In this document: positions 19,418 to 29,195 of the stretch, in pieces | Numbering within the stretch: the stretch's first letter is position 1 | Layout of the letters: every line of letters begins with the position of its first letter | DNA from: Raphidiopsis brookii D9 | Lineage (GTDB): Bacteria; Cyanobacteriota; Cyanobacteriia; Cyanobacteriales; Nostocaceae | NCBI GenBank assembly: GCA_000175855.1 | Contig: ACYB01000031.1 | Coordinates: forward strand, 176,237 to 208,236 | Reading direction: 5' to 3' | DNA: 32,000 nt | Position numbers and translations under genes: made by a program | The notes under the pieces: generated by a model | The model's input: only the letters and a program-made list of their open reading frames with translations | The model's database searches: none | What the model was told of the DNA's origin: nothing

Positions 19418-21025
19418 ATGAACAATTTTGAACTGGACACTTACCTTAACAGATTAAGTCAAAAACTAAGTGAAAAACTAAATGGAGACTCTCATAAGAG
19501 ATTCCCGGGCTGGTTGGCAGTAGATTTTGGCACTTCTAACTCTACAGTAACAATGTTTGACCCTATTGAAGTGCCAATTGCAGAAACCCTACCTAGAGAA
19601 CAAGAAGTAAGACTGCGTCAGCGGTTAGGGGAATGGTTAAACTCACCTCCCCATTTAGCTCTACCAGATATTGGTGTGAACGAATGGGAAAAATTCCTGG
19701 TTAATCTGGGTAGGAATTTGGAAATTCCACCAGAAGCAATAGGGGAAATTTTTGAAAATGACCATAAGGACAAATTTTTAGAAGCTCTTCGTCAAATTGA
19801 ACTATGTTTGGGAAACAGTGAAAGATTTCGTCGTGCTGTCAGTAAAAAACTCTATCAAATATATCATGAGGTTTTTCGCGTTCCTACCCTAGAGTCGCAA
19901 AATTTGATTCCAGTGGTTTTGGATTTTAATAGAAGACAAACAGAAATTCCCAGTGAAATAGAAATCTGTAAAATACAACCATTGAAATTGCAAATGGGTA
20001 GAACTGCAAGAGATAACCGCAAAAAGGCGATCGCCCAGGGTACAATTACTGCAGTTAAAGATATTATTAGCAGATTTCATCATTCACCAAAACGATATTT
20101 TGGGCAAAATCGGACTTTTCCTGTGGTGATAAATGAGGGAGAAAAAAATGATCTAGAAAATAATAACATTGAAGTTCACCAATTAATTCAAGCAGCGTGG
20201 GGACATCTAATTGAATTAACTGAAGACTATCGTCAACGTGCAGGTAGAAGATTTTCTCAAGGGGACTTATTAACAGCAGTAGTCACCTATCCCACAGTTG
20301 CTCCTCCGGTGGTGCGAAAGGAGATTAAAGCATTAGTGGAAGAATTAGGGTTGGATGATGTACAAACGGCCTATGACGAAGCTGTTTCCGTAGCCATATT
20401 CTTTTTATGGCGAGAATTTGGTGGCAATTTGAATATTGGTATTGAATCATTTAAAACCCGTTGTCGTCAGGAAAAAAATAACTGGTCCCAAAATGTTCTG
20501 GTATTAGACATTGGTGGAGGTACAACTGACCTAGCATTAATCAAACTCACTTTAGAAGATAAAACTCCTGTTTTTACCAATAATGAAGATAGAGGTTTGG
20601 GAGGACGTTATTATAAACTGACACCAAAATTATTGGGTTCTTCAGGACATTTACAACTAGGTGGGGAATTAATTACTTTACGAGTTTTTCGACTGTTAAA
20701 AATTGCCCTAGCTGATTTTTTATTAACAGCGGTTACCGATGGTAATATAACCAGTGATAAACTGGAGGACTTAATTAATTCAGAACTCAACGAGCGATTT
20801 TTACAAGATGGCAAATTCAAAAGTGGCAGTTTATTAAAATGTGTGGACAAAGAGAATCCAGAAGGGGATGTTGCTTTCAAAGATGCTTTAGACACCGCTG
20901 AAAAAGTCTTACCAACTCGATGGCAACAAGCTCCTCAACGTCTCCAAACCTTCTACACTCTGTGGGAACATGCAGAATCGGCCAAATTAAAATTGGGGAG
21001 AAAGGATCTGAAGATGGTTTATTAA
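19418..21025 (+). CDS. Hsp70/actin-fold ATPase, part 1 of 2 (N-terminal part of a roughly 997-aa gene interrupted by a 1-nt frameshift near 20995-20998)
   Basis: Phosphate-1 motif AVDFGTSNSTV (D at 19523); VVTYPTVAPP...AYDEAVSVAIFF, comparable to DnaK VITVPAYF...NEPTAAALAY; phosphate-2 motif VLVLDIGGGTTDLALIKL (D at 20507). Confidence 0.75.
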   Translation: MNNFELDTYLNRLSQKLSEKLNGDSHKRFPGWLAVDFGTSNSTVTMFDPIEVPIAETLPREQEVRLRQRLGEWLNSPPHLALPDIGVNEWEKFLVNLGRNLEIPPEAIGEIFENDHKDKFLEALRQIELCLGNSERFRRAVSKKLYQIYHEVFRVPTLESQNLIPVVLDFNRRQTEIPSEIEICKIQPLKLQMGRTARDNRKKAIAQGTITAVKDIISRFHHSPKRYFGQNRTFPVVINEGEKNDLENNNIEVHQLIQAAWGHLIELTEDYRQRAGRRFSQGDLLTAVVTYPTVAPPVVRKEIKALVEELGLDDVQTAYDEAVSVAIFFLWREFGGNLNIGIESFKTRCRQEKNNWSQNVLVLDIGGGTTDLALIKLTLEDKTPVFTNNEDRGLGGRYYKLTPKLLGSSGHLQLGGELITLRVFRLLKIALADFLLTAVTDGNITSDKLEDLINSELNERFLQDGKFKSGSLLKCVDKENPEGDVAFKDALDTAEKVLPTRWQQAPQRLQTFYTLWEHAESAKLKLGRKDLKMVY

Positions 21026-22410
21026 CCTTTACCCTGAATGAGCAAGAAATTAGCGAGTTGCTTTTACAAAGCAGTGTGAAATTTCAACTGGTTAGTGCTG
21101 ATTCTATTTACCTAACTATAAATGCCCAACAATTTGAACGTTGTGCTATTTCTAGTATTAGAGAAGCGATAGGAATCGCCAAAGGACTGATGGAAAGTCG
21201 TTTAAATGAAGATCAAAAGGTAGATTGGTTAATTCTCTCGGGTAAAACTTGTAATCTGGATTTGGTGAAAACCCAAATTTACCAAGAATTCAGCAAATCT
21301 CCCTACTTTATCTGGAATCCAGAACGGATTACTTTTGTCCTAGAATTCACTAAGTTAGCAACTTCTGCTGGTGCTTGTTATGCAGAAAAATTAAGAAGGT
21401 TAAGATTTGATCCTGAAGCTTCTAAAAATTTACTGCGCAAGGGAGCAAATCAGCTGGAAATAGATGTGAAAAATCTATTTTATTATTTACCCTGCAACTT
21501 CAAGCGCAAAACCCAAACTCAGGAACTATTATCTATTTTTAATGCTGGACAAGAACTCTATCAACTTATCCCTTGGGAAAGTGTCGCTAAGGTAAGAACC
21601 ACCTGGCAAGGTATTCAGTTAACTAATATCATCTATCGTCAAGATTACCAAGATGGTGAATTACGTCTTTGGGGTAGTTTCGATGGTAAAACTCTCATGG
21701 AAAATTTGAGGATGGAAGAAGCTGAATTTCTCAAAAAAATTCAAGTCCAATTTGAAATTGACCAAACTCTCCAATTTACTGTTTTACTCTGTCAAGGTAG
21801 TCCCCATTATTTAATAGATGTGCCAGGAATTGATATCAATTCTGTCATTGACCCCCATGCAACTGGTTCTGATATATTTGTTGATGGAAAATTAAAATGG
21901 AATATTGCCCTCATAGGGGATTATGAAAATTTAAAAGATGGTGATATTGCTATCAATGTCCTAGAATCTGCTACAGTGGATCAACCGGATGCCTATCATT
22001 TAGTCTTTGCAGTTGATAACAGTCAAAATCAGATATTAGAAACGTTTCATTACTTACAAGATGGCACCAAAGAAACTGGGAAGGGATTAATTAGTAGTCC
22101 TTTACCACCATTTCCCCACAATGGTCAACATAATTTCTATATCTGTCAAACCGATAGTTTGACTAAAACTAAAAAATGGATCCGTATTGGATCCCTTAGC
22201 AAACCAGAAATCTCTACGGATTACCCTTGTCAATACTATGTCACCCTAGATAGTAAGGGGATATTAAGAATGCACCCAGGAGCAGTTCCTTACTGGACAT
22301 CCCATAGTCTGGAATCCTTACAACAACCAGGATGTGTTTACTGTACTGAATTGGAATTACAACCTAATGAAATTGATAGGGAACGAGACCCCTTTTGTGG
22401 TGTGCATTAA
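20920..22410 (+). CDS. Hsp70/actin-fold ATPase, part 2 of 2 (real coding probably resumes near 20996; ORF-track start is not a true start)
   Basis: It carries the rest of the ATPase fold: DWLILSGKTCNLDLVKTQI (adenosine motif, compare VLLVGGSTRIP) and ATSAGACYAEKL (compare AVAxGAA). The following roughly 330 aa do not resemble a DnaK substrate-binding domain. It overlaps part 1 by 106 nt in a frame offset by one base. Confidence 0.7.
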   Translation: MATSSSTSPNLLHSVGTCRIGQIKIGEKGSEDGLLTFTLNEQEISELLLQSSVKFQLVSADSIYLTINAQQFERCAISSIREAIGIAKGLMESRLNEDQKVDWLILSGKTCNLDLVKTQIYQEFSKSPYFIWNPERITFVLEFTKLATSAGACYAEKLRRLRFDPEASKNLLRKGANQLEIDVKNLFYYLPCNFKRKTQTQELLSIFNAGQELYQLIPWESVAKVRTTWQGIQLTNIIYRQDYQDGELRLWGSFDGKTLMENLRMEEAEFLKKIQVQFEIDQTLQFTVLLCQGSPHYLIDVPGIDINSVIDPHATGSDIFVDGKLKWNIALIGDYENLKDGDIAINVLESATVDQPDAYHLVFAVDNSQNQILETFHYLQDGTKETGKGLISSPLPPFPHNGQHNFYICQTDSLTKTKKWIRIGSLSKPEISTDYPCQYYVTLDSKGILRMHPGAVPYWTSHSLESLQQPGCVYCTELELQPNEIDRERDPFCGVH

Positions 22411-22430
22411 AACTATATTTTGTCATTTAC

Positions 22431-23558
22431 ATGATCATGATTCCACATCTACAACATCTACAACAATTATTAGCAACCCAAGATTCGCTTATTTCTCAAC
22501 TATTGAAGTTTAACCTATACGGACTCAAGGAGACACTAACACAGGCCAAAACAGCTTATCCCGCAGATCCAGGTTATGATTTATGTTCCCAGGTCATTGG
22601 GGAAATAGATGGTCTTTTACAGTCGAATTCAGTTGGGGAGCTGGAAGATGTTGAATTCACAATCCATAATTCCACATCTGGTCAATTACTCACAGAATTA
22701 CGACAAATTTTTAATTCTGATTTGGAGGTCAGGTTTTACCTGGGAGATCAACCTTTACACAGCGATAATGACTGTGATCTCTGGAATGAAATTCACCGCA
22801 AGTTGCTGCGCTTACCAGAAGACCTGGCCACAATCTGGAAAAACCGCACTCTGGAAATTGCCAAAAAACTCGGTGCTATGGAAGATTATGTGCATCTTCA
22901 TTATTTACCCTTTGTGCGCGATGAAATTATTTATCCCGGTCTAAGTGGCACAATCGTCTCTCCCGGACTCTCTTTGTCTAAAAAAGCTTTGCTCAAATTA
23001 GACCTAGCTCAATTACATAACTCCGATAATTGGCACTTTTTAACTGGTTTCCTCTCTTTATATACTAGTTTCATTGATATCGACCCCGATCTACATCACG
23101 CCCTAAAAAGTGTCTTTAGCTTTGATGTTATCTCTTTTCAATCTCATCCCGAACAAAAGCAATTATATCTGGAATCATTTAGCGATCGCCTGCAACGTAA
23201 CCAAAAACTTAATGATGATTCCAGCAGTATCATAAATTTACGCAGTTGGCTGGATTTAGATGAAGCAATACATTCCCTAGTATTTGTTCCCCCAGCGGAA
23301 AGATATTCCTGGTGGGGAAAACTCCAACAAGAATCAAGACGTATACTCAAAAAAATGGCTGATCAAGCTACGAAAGCAGGTAACAACATCAAGATCAAGC
23401 AACTATCAGGACTATATGCTGATATTTGCCAGTACGCTAAGGATGATTTACAACTGGAGAATGGGGGAACTCCAGGAGAGGTTCTATCTTGCCTTCGCTT
23501 ATACGCAAAAATAAATGAGGAAGAATATCCAGGAAGAGTAATATATAGGGCTTGTTAA
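22431..23558 (+). CDS. Hypothetical protein, third gene of the dynamin/Hsp70-like module (375 aa from ATG 22431; 387 aa if TTG 22395 is used)
   Basis: Long uninterrupted ORF starting 20 nt after the stop of the Hsp70-like gene on the same strand, with a HIP1 site inside (23182). I recognise no catalytic or binding motif. Confidence 0.6.
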   Translation: MIMIPHLQHLQQLLATQDSLISQLLKFNLYGLKETLTQAKTAYPADPGYDLCSQVIGEIDGLLQSNSVGELEDVEFTIHNSTSGQLLTELRQIFNSDLEVRFYLGDQPLHSDNDCDLWNEIHRKLLRLPEDLATIWKNRTLEIAKKLGAMEDYVHLHYLPFVRDEIIYPGLSGTIVSPGLSLSKKALLKLDLAQLHNSDNWHFLTGFLSLYTSFIDIDPDLHHALKSVFSFDVISFQSHPEQKQLYLESFSDRLQRNQKLNDDSSSIINLRSWLDLDEAIHSLVFVPPAERYSWWGKLQQESRRILKKMADQATKAGNNIKIKQLSGLYADICQYAKDDLQLENGGTPGEVLSCLRLYAKINEEEYPGRVIYRAC

Positions 23559-23565
23559 GACAGGG

Positions 23566-23610
23566 ATTTTGAGCTTTGAGTGATAAAGACATCAATTCAA
23601 AACTCAAAAT
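23566..23610 (+). terminator. Weak hairpin between convergent genes (possible bidirectional terminator)
   Basis: ATTTTGAG (23566-23573) pairs with CTCAAAAT (23603-23610). An alternative stem is TTTGAGT/ACTCAAA. T-rich sequence follows. The stem is AT-rich and the loop is long. Confidence 0.3.
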
Positions 23611-23635
23611 TTCATTCAACTACATGGCTATGGCT

Positions 23636-24268
23636 TTAAGCCATTTGATTTTCAATTGCCCAGCGTGCTAGCTCAGTACGATTATGCAGGTTAGTCTTGC
23701 CCAACATATTAGATACATGGCTTTCAACTGTACGCTGACTGACATTTAATTCCTCAGCAATTTCCCGATTTGCTAAACCCCTAGCCACAAATTGAACTAC
23801 TTTTAGTTCCGTAGGGGTCAATTGAACATCAAAAGGAACTTGGATGCGAGAACCAGGTTCCCCCACTTTGGTTTGATGTTCTTTCCAGCGACTGGTTTGC
23901 TTGAGTGAGGATTCTACTTGGGCCACAAGTTCTTCTGGTTCAAAGGGTTTGACCATGTATACGTCAGCTCCCTTATTTAAACCTTTTACCCTGTCCGCAC
24001 TTTGTCCTTTCGCTGACAGAAAAAGAACGGGCACCCAACTAGTCCGCTCGTTTTGTCTTACCTGTTCAACAAAGGTATAACCGTCCATTTCTGGCATCAT
24101 CACATCACAGATGATCATATCGGGAATATCCTGTTCTAAAATACCCAGAGCTCTTTGCCCATTTTCAGCTGTTAGAACGTCATATCCCCTAAATCCTAGA
24201 TAGTCTCTAACTAGCAAAATTAGATTAGGATCGTCATCAATCAGTAAAAGTCGTTTTTGGTCTTTCAT
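23636..24268 (-). CDS. Response regulator, NarL/FixJ (LuxR-type HTH) family
   Basis: 210 aa. Receiver domain: LLIDDD, phospho-acceptor region MIICDVMMPEMDG, and KPF. C-terminal LuxR HTH: LTPTELKVVQFVARGLANREIAEELNVSQRTVESHVSNMLGK. Confidence 0.85.
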   Translation of the reverse strand: MKDQKRLLLIDDDPNLILLVRDYLGFRGYDVLTAENGQRALGILEQDIPDMIICDVMMPEMDGYTFVEQVRQNERTSWVPVLFLSAKGQSADRVKGLNKGADVYMVKPFEPEELVAQVESSLKQTSRWKEHQTKVGEPGSRIQVPFDVQLTPTELKVVQFVARGLANREIAEELNVSQRTVESHVSNMLGKTNLHNRTELARWAIENQMA

Positions 24269-24645
24269 GCTGAATTCTTTTATAGCGTTGGCATTTTTCG
24301 CGCTTAGATCCTTCCCGGGATGGGATGGAAGAGCTTCTTTCCACCTAACTCATTCCTGTTGGTTATGGTTTGTGTGGGTGGTTGTTACTCCTTAGATAAT
24401 ACTAGTAACTTAATGACAAAGGTCTAGTAAGGATACGGAGAGCAAAAGTATTTATAATGCGCTATTATATTTTCCTTTGCCAGAAGCGAGTACAAGAATT
24501 TTATTCAATCATTTTGACGCCAAAGATGATCTTTACAATTCTACCCGCATTTCTATTAGGTTACTATTGCCCATACAATATCCAAGTTTTAGCGTTGAAG
24601 TTAAATCATACAAGAACATAAAAGTGGAGAACCAATTTTACATTT

Positions 24646-25897
24646 CTATATCTGTTTAACTCTTGCTAAAGGATTCACCTTTAGTGGTTGAACGCCACAA
24701 CTCCCTATCCTCTCAGCAGTTAACGCCTCTGAGGAATACATTCTAATTATGTTCAGGCTACTATTGAGATCTGCATTAATAACCTGACCATTGGCGGATC
24801 TAAATAGTCCCCGATGTACTCGTTCCCCCAAATATTTTTGATGTTTTGCTATGGGTTCAAAATCCCAAGCAGAGCACTTACTGGTGTATGCCTCATTAAC
24901 TGTGATTAGTTCAATCTGTGCTAGTCGGCATTTGTGTTCCAGCATGCTAATGAGTCTACTATAGGGTATTGGCATGAAGTTGTGTCTCTTGCTTATACCC
25001 ATCCTAGTCTCTTTTTCCCATTCATCGTTCTTTCCCACTACTAAGGTTTTAATACCATTAGACTTGAGATAATTGATTACGATAGAGGAGGTCTGATGAA
25101 GATAGTTATCCACTCGGTTATGATATTTGCTGGTTATCCCACCCAATCTTCGACTGGGTTGACTCTCAGACTGATAGGATCCTATTAGATCCCGCTTCCT
25201 ATTGAACAGTCGATTGAGGGATTTCAATGGTTTACCATTCACCAATAAAGGTCTAATAGTTGAACTATTAGTTGTTAAGGCAACCAGGTTATTAACTCCC
25301 AGGTCTATACCAGCTATAACTTGTGTAGACCTAGTTGTAGGCTCTTGCACCTCATAAGTGAATTTGAGGAGGTATGAGCCATTATTCCTGGGAATAATCA
25401 TGGCTTCTACCAGTTTTCTAACCTTACCAATGGAATCGTTCACATCACCCTCAAATAGACTTTCAAATAACTGGCACATTCCTTGGACTAGGGATGGTTG
25501 ATCCATGGTTGGACAACCCTGATATACATTATATACGACAATTGGAAAGCGTCCCTTAATTTTGTGTTTGTAATTGGGGATTTTTGGTGCATCTACATAT
25601 TTAGATGGATTAGCTTGCCAATCTTGCCAAGACCTGATATAGCCTTTCCACCTTTGTAATACCTGTCTAATGACTGAAAAACCTCTGTGAGTAACTGCCA
25701 TCTCCTGATAAGCTCTGGAAGTAAATACTAAGCCATATAGCTTCCTACTAGAAAGTATTTTGACCCGTTTTAAAAAAAGACTGCCTTATATAGTAGGTAC
25801 ACAAATTGTAGAGATTTTTGGCTTTAAAGCAGATTAAATCACATCCCCGCCAATATTTATTAGTTTTGTAAATAGGATGCGTTTTAACTAACTGCAT
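24646..25897 (-). pseudogene. tnpB: IS200/IS605-family TnpB (OrfB) RNA-guided nuclease gene, solo (no tnpA), interrupted by a 1-nt frameshift near 25751-25785
   Basis: ATG 25897, preceded by AGGAG, gives MQLVKTHPIYKTNKYWRGCDLICFKAKNLYNLCTYYIRQSFFKTG and then TAG TAG. The +1 frame continues as ILSSRKLYGLV...MAVTHRG into ORF 24646-25701. RuvC-like motifs are present: GIDLGVNNLVAL, VVGKNDEWEKE, YTSKCS and INADLNSSLNI. The span is 1252 nt (3n+1). Confidence 0.8.
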
Positions 25898-26259
25898 CTA
25901 GTTTTCTCCTGCAAGTAGAATGTGGAAATTGGCGAAATTTGGTTGCACCAATAGCCAAAAGTTGGGAACTCCTGTATTGTTACTCATTCAGGGATTCCTT
26001 GACTACATTTCTATAACAATTTTCCCCATTTGGAAATAAAGTTGTTCATATAAAAATATTCACCACTTACCCAACAGAACCAGATAACTAGAATAATTCA
26101 GTATTTATGCTTGATTAAGAAGTGATATATATAATCAAGGGGTAAATCAAAGGAAAGCAAAAATCCAGCAGATTGTGTTTTCCTCACCTATTAAACCTTC
26201 TCCAGTTCGGAAAACCGTACAGATAAGATTGTTGCCATTTGTGGTCTTTTTTCGGTACA

Positions 26260-26286
26260 TTAGCACTCAGGAGTTGAGAGTGCTAA
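26260..26286 (+). promoter_or_regulatory. CIRCE operator (HrcA binding site) of groESL
   Basis: TTAGCACTC-AGGAGTTGA-GAGTGCTAA is a perfect match to the consensus TTAGCACTC-N9-GAGTGCTAA. It lies 30 nt upstream of the groES ATG. Confidence 0.9.
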
Positions 26287-26315
26287 TCAACGACATTTAA
26301 GATAAGGAAAAAATA

Positions 26316-26627
26316 ATGGCAGCAGTATCTCTAAGCGTATCCACAGTTAAGCCCCTAGGCGATCGCGTGTTTGTAAAAGTCACAGCAGCTGAAGAAAAGA
26401 CAGCAGGTGGGTTGTTTTTACCCGACACAGCTAAAGAAAAGCCCCAAGTAGGGGAAGTAGTAGCTTTAGGAGCTGGTAAGCGCAATGATGACGGAACCCG
26501 TCAGGAAATTGATCTGAAGGTGGGCGATAAAGTACTATATTCCAAGTATGCAGGTACTGACGTGAAACTGGGTACAGAAGAATATGTACTGCTTTCTGAG
26601 AAAGACATTCTAGCAGTAGTTGGGTAA
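26316..26627 (+). CDS. groES: Co-chaperonin GroES
   Basis: 103 aa. [12 protein letters not shown]...[24 protein letters not shown] is canonical GroES. Confidence 0.95.
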   Translation: MAAVSLSVSTVKPLGDRVFVKVTAAEEKTAGGLFLPDTAKEKPQVGEVVALGAGKRNDDGTRQEIDLKVGDKVLYSKYAGTDVKLGTEEYVLLSEKDILAVVG

Positions 26628-26687
26628 TAGCAGTTTAGGTAGAAGAACAAACTACCCTAAAAACCACCCTAACAAGTTGATAGTTAA

Positions 26688-28355
<1,668 letters not shown>

Positions 28356-28363
28356 TCCCTAAG

Positions 28364-28392
28364 TTAGGGGGAGGTGTAAAACCTTCCCCTAA
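28364..28392 (+). terminator. Rho-independent-type hairpin after groEL, shared with the convergent minus-strand gene
   Basis: TTAGGGGGAGG (28364-28374) pairs with CCTTCCCCTAA (28382-28392), giving 11 bp including one G-U pair and a 7-nt loop. TTATGATTT follows. Confidence 0.6.
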
Positions 28393-28409
28393 TTATGATT
28401 TAAGGAATA

Positions 28410-28721
28410 TTAGCGAGATAGCACCAGATTACTAGTTAATGTAATAGCCAAATCCTGTTCTGGGCGCAGAACAAACACATCAGCGGTGTTCTTTCGCAAT
28501 AACACACTCGCCAAAGCGCCCGCTGCTGCACCACCAATGGGTTCCAAGACCTCTACTTTTTTATTACCAGTGACCAGAGCGATCAAAGTTGCAGCACCAG
28601 CACCAATAGCAGCATCGGTTAAAATCTGACCGGTGTCACTTCCCCTAGTGATAGTTTCTGTTCTGGTAATGGTTCTAGAATTAGCACTAATTGTTTGTGT
28701 TGTGCCATTAGGAAACACCAA
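28410..28721 (-). CDS. Hypothetical glycine-zipper-like protein, C-terminal part of a split gene (28410-29074)
   Basis: The ORF-track start is a TTG. The same frame stays open upstream as GNNTRGVRFVATELVFPNGTTQ. It contains AAIGAGAATLIALVTG and GGAAAGALASVLL glycine-zipper-like segments. Confidence 0.55.
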   Translation of the reverse strand: MVFPNGTTQTISANSRTITRTETITRGSDTGQILTDAAIGAGAATLIALVTGNKKVEVLEPIGGAAAGALASVLLRKNTADVFVLRPEQDLAITLTSNLVLSR

Positions 28722-28738
28722 TTCGGTTGCGACAAACC

Positions 28739-29074
28739 TTACCCCTCTTGTATTATTACCCCCAAATTAACCGGTGTCAATTCTCCTGTCACCTCACTAT
28801 TAACAGGAATTAAGATATTTCTATTACTATCCATAATATCATTAGCTATTCTCAAGGTCAGGGGTATTCTTTCCCCCGGTTGGAGAATTATTTTTTCTTT
28901 TTCATAGGTTACGGGTAGGGTCACATTAGCTGGAATCGTAATCGTGCGCGGCTGGTTAAAATTAAATTGTGCTTGAGCAGGATTAGGGTAGAGCCAGGGA
29001 ATAACAGCAACTGTGTTAATGGCTATGGTCATTAGTGCAGCAGCAGTTGATTTCCAAGTTATTAGACCACTCAT
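28739..29074 (-). CDS. Hypothetical exported protein, N-terminal part of the same split gene
   Basis: It has a signal-like N-terminus, MSGLITWKSTAAALMTIAINTVAVIPWLYPNPAQAQ. It ends 24 nt after the homopolymer run 28759-28763, where the frame of the downstream fragment takes over. Confidence 0.55.
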   Translation of the reverse strand: MSGLITWKSTAAALMTIAINTVAVIPWLYPNPAQAQFNFNQPRTITIPANVTLPVTYEKEKIILQPGERIPLTLRIANDIMDSNRNILIPVNSEVTGELTPVNLGVIIQEG

Positions 29075-29136
29075 AAGATATTACCAATAATCGTCCTGGA
29101 TAGTATGACCTAATCCTGGCAAAATAGTTTCCAAAC

Positions 29137-29162
29137 AACAACCCGCCCTAGGGCGGGTTGTT
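29137..29162 (-). terminator. GC-rich palindromic hairpin downstream of the porin gene
   Basis: AACAACCCGCCC-TA-GGGCGGGTTGTT is a perfect inverted repeat with 12-nt arms. It starts 34 nt after the porin stop codon. Confidence 0.6.
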
Positions 29163-29195
29163 AGTGTTCAACAGGTTACTAAGTCACTATTGAGC

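Noticed and set aside
20981-21025. Programmed -1 ribosomal frameshift joining the two Hsp70-like ORFs
   Set aside because: I see no X-XXY-YYZ slippery heptamer and no obvious downstream stem-loop or pseudoknot. The window contains many other homopolymer indels, so a simple 1-nt length error at GGGG is more parsimonious.
22609-22944. 111-aa alternative-frame ORF inside gene C of the module
   Set aside because: It is fully nested in the longer ORF 22431-23558 in another frame, and its Cys/Trp/Ile-rich composition is typical of an off-frame translation.
24477-24659. 60-aa plus-strand ORF in the tnpB 3' flank
   Set aside because: It is AT-rich and has no ribosome-binding site or motif. The region is better explained as the right end and guide-RNA region of the tnpB element.
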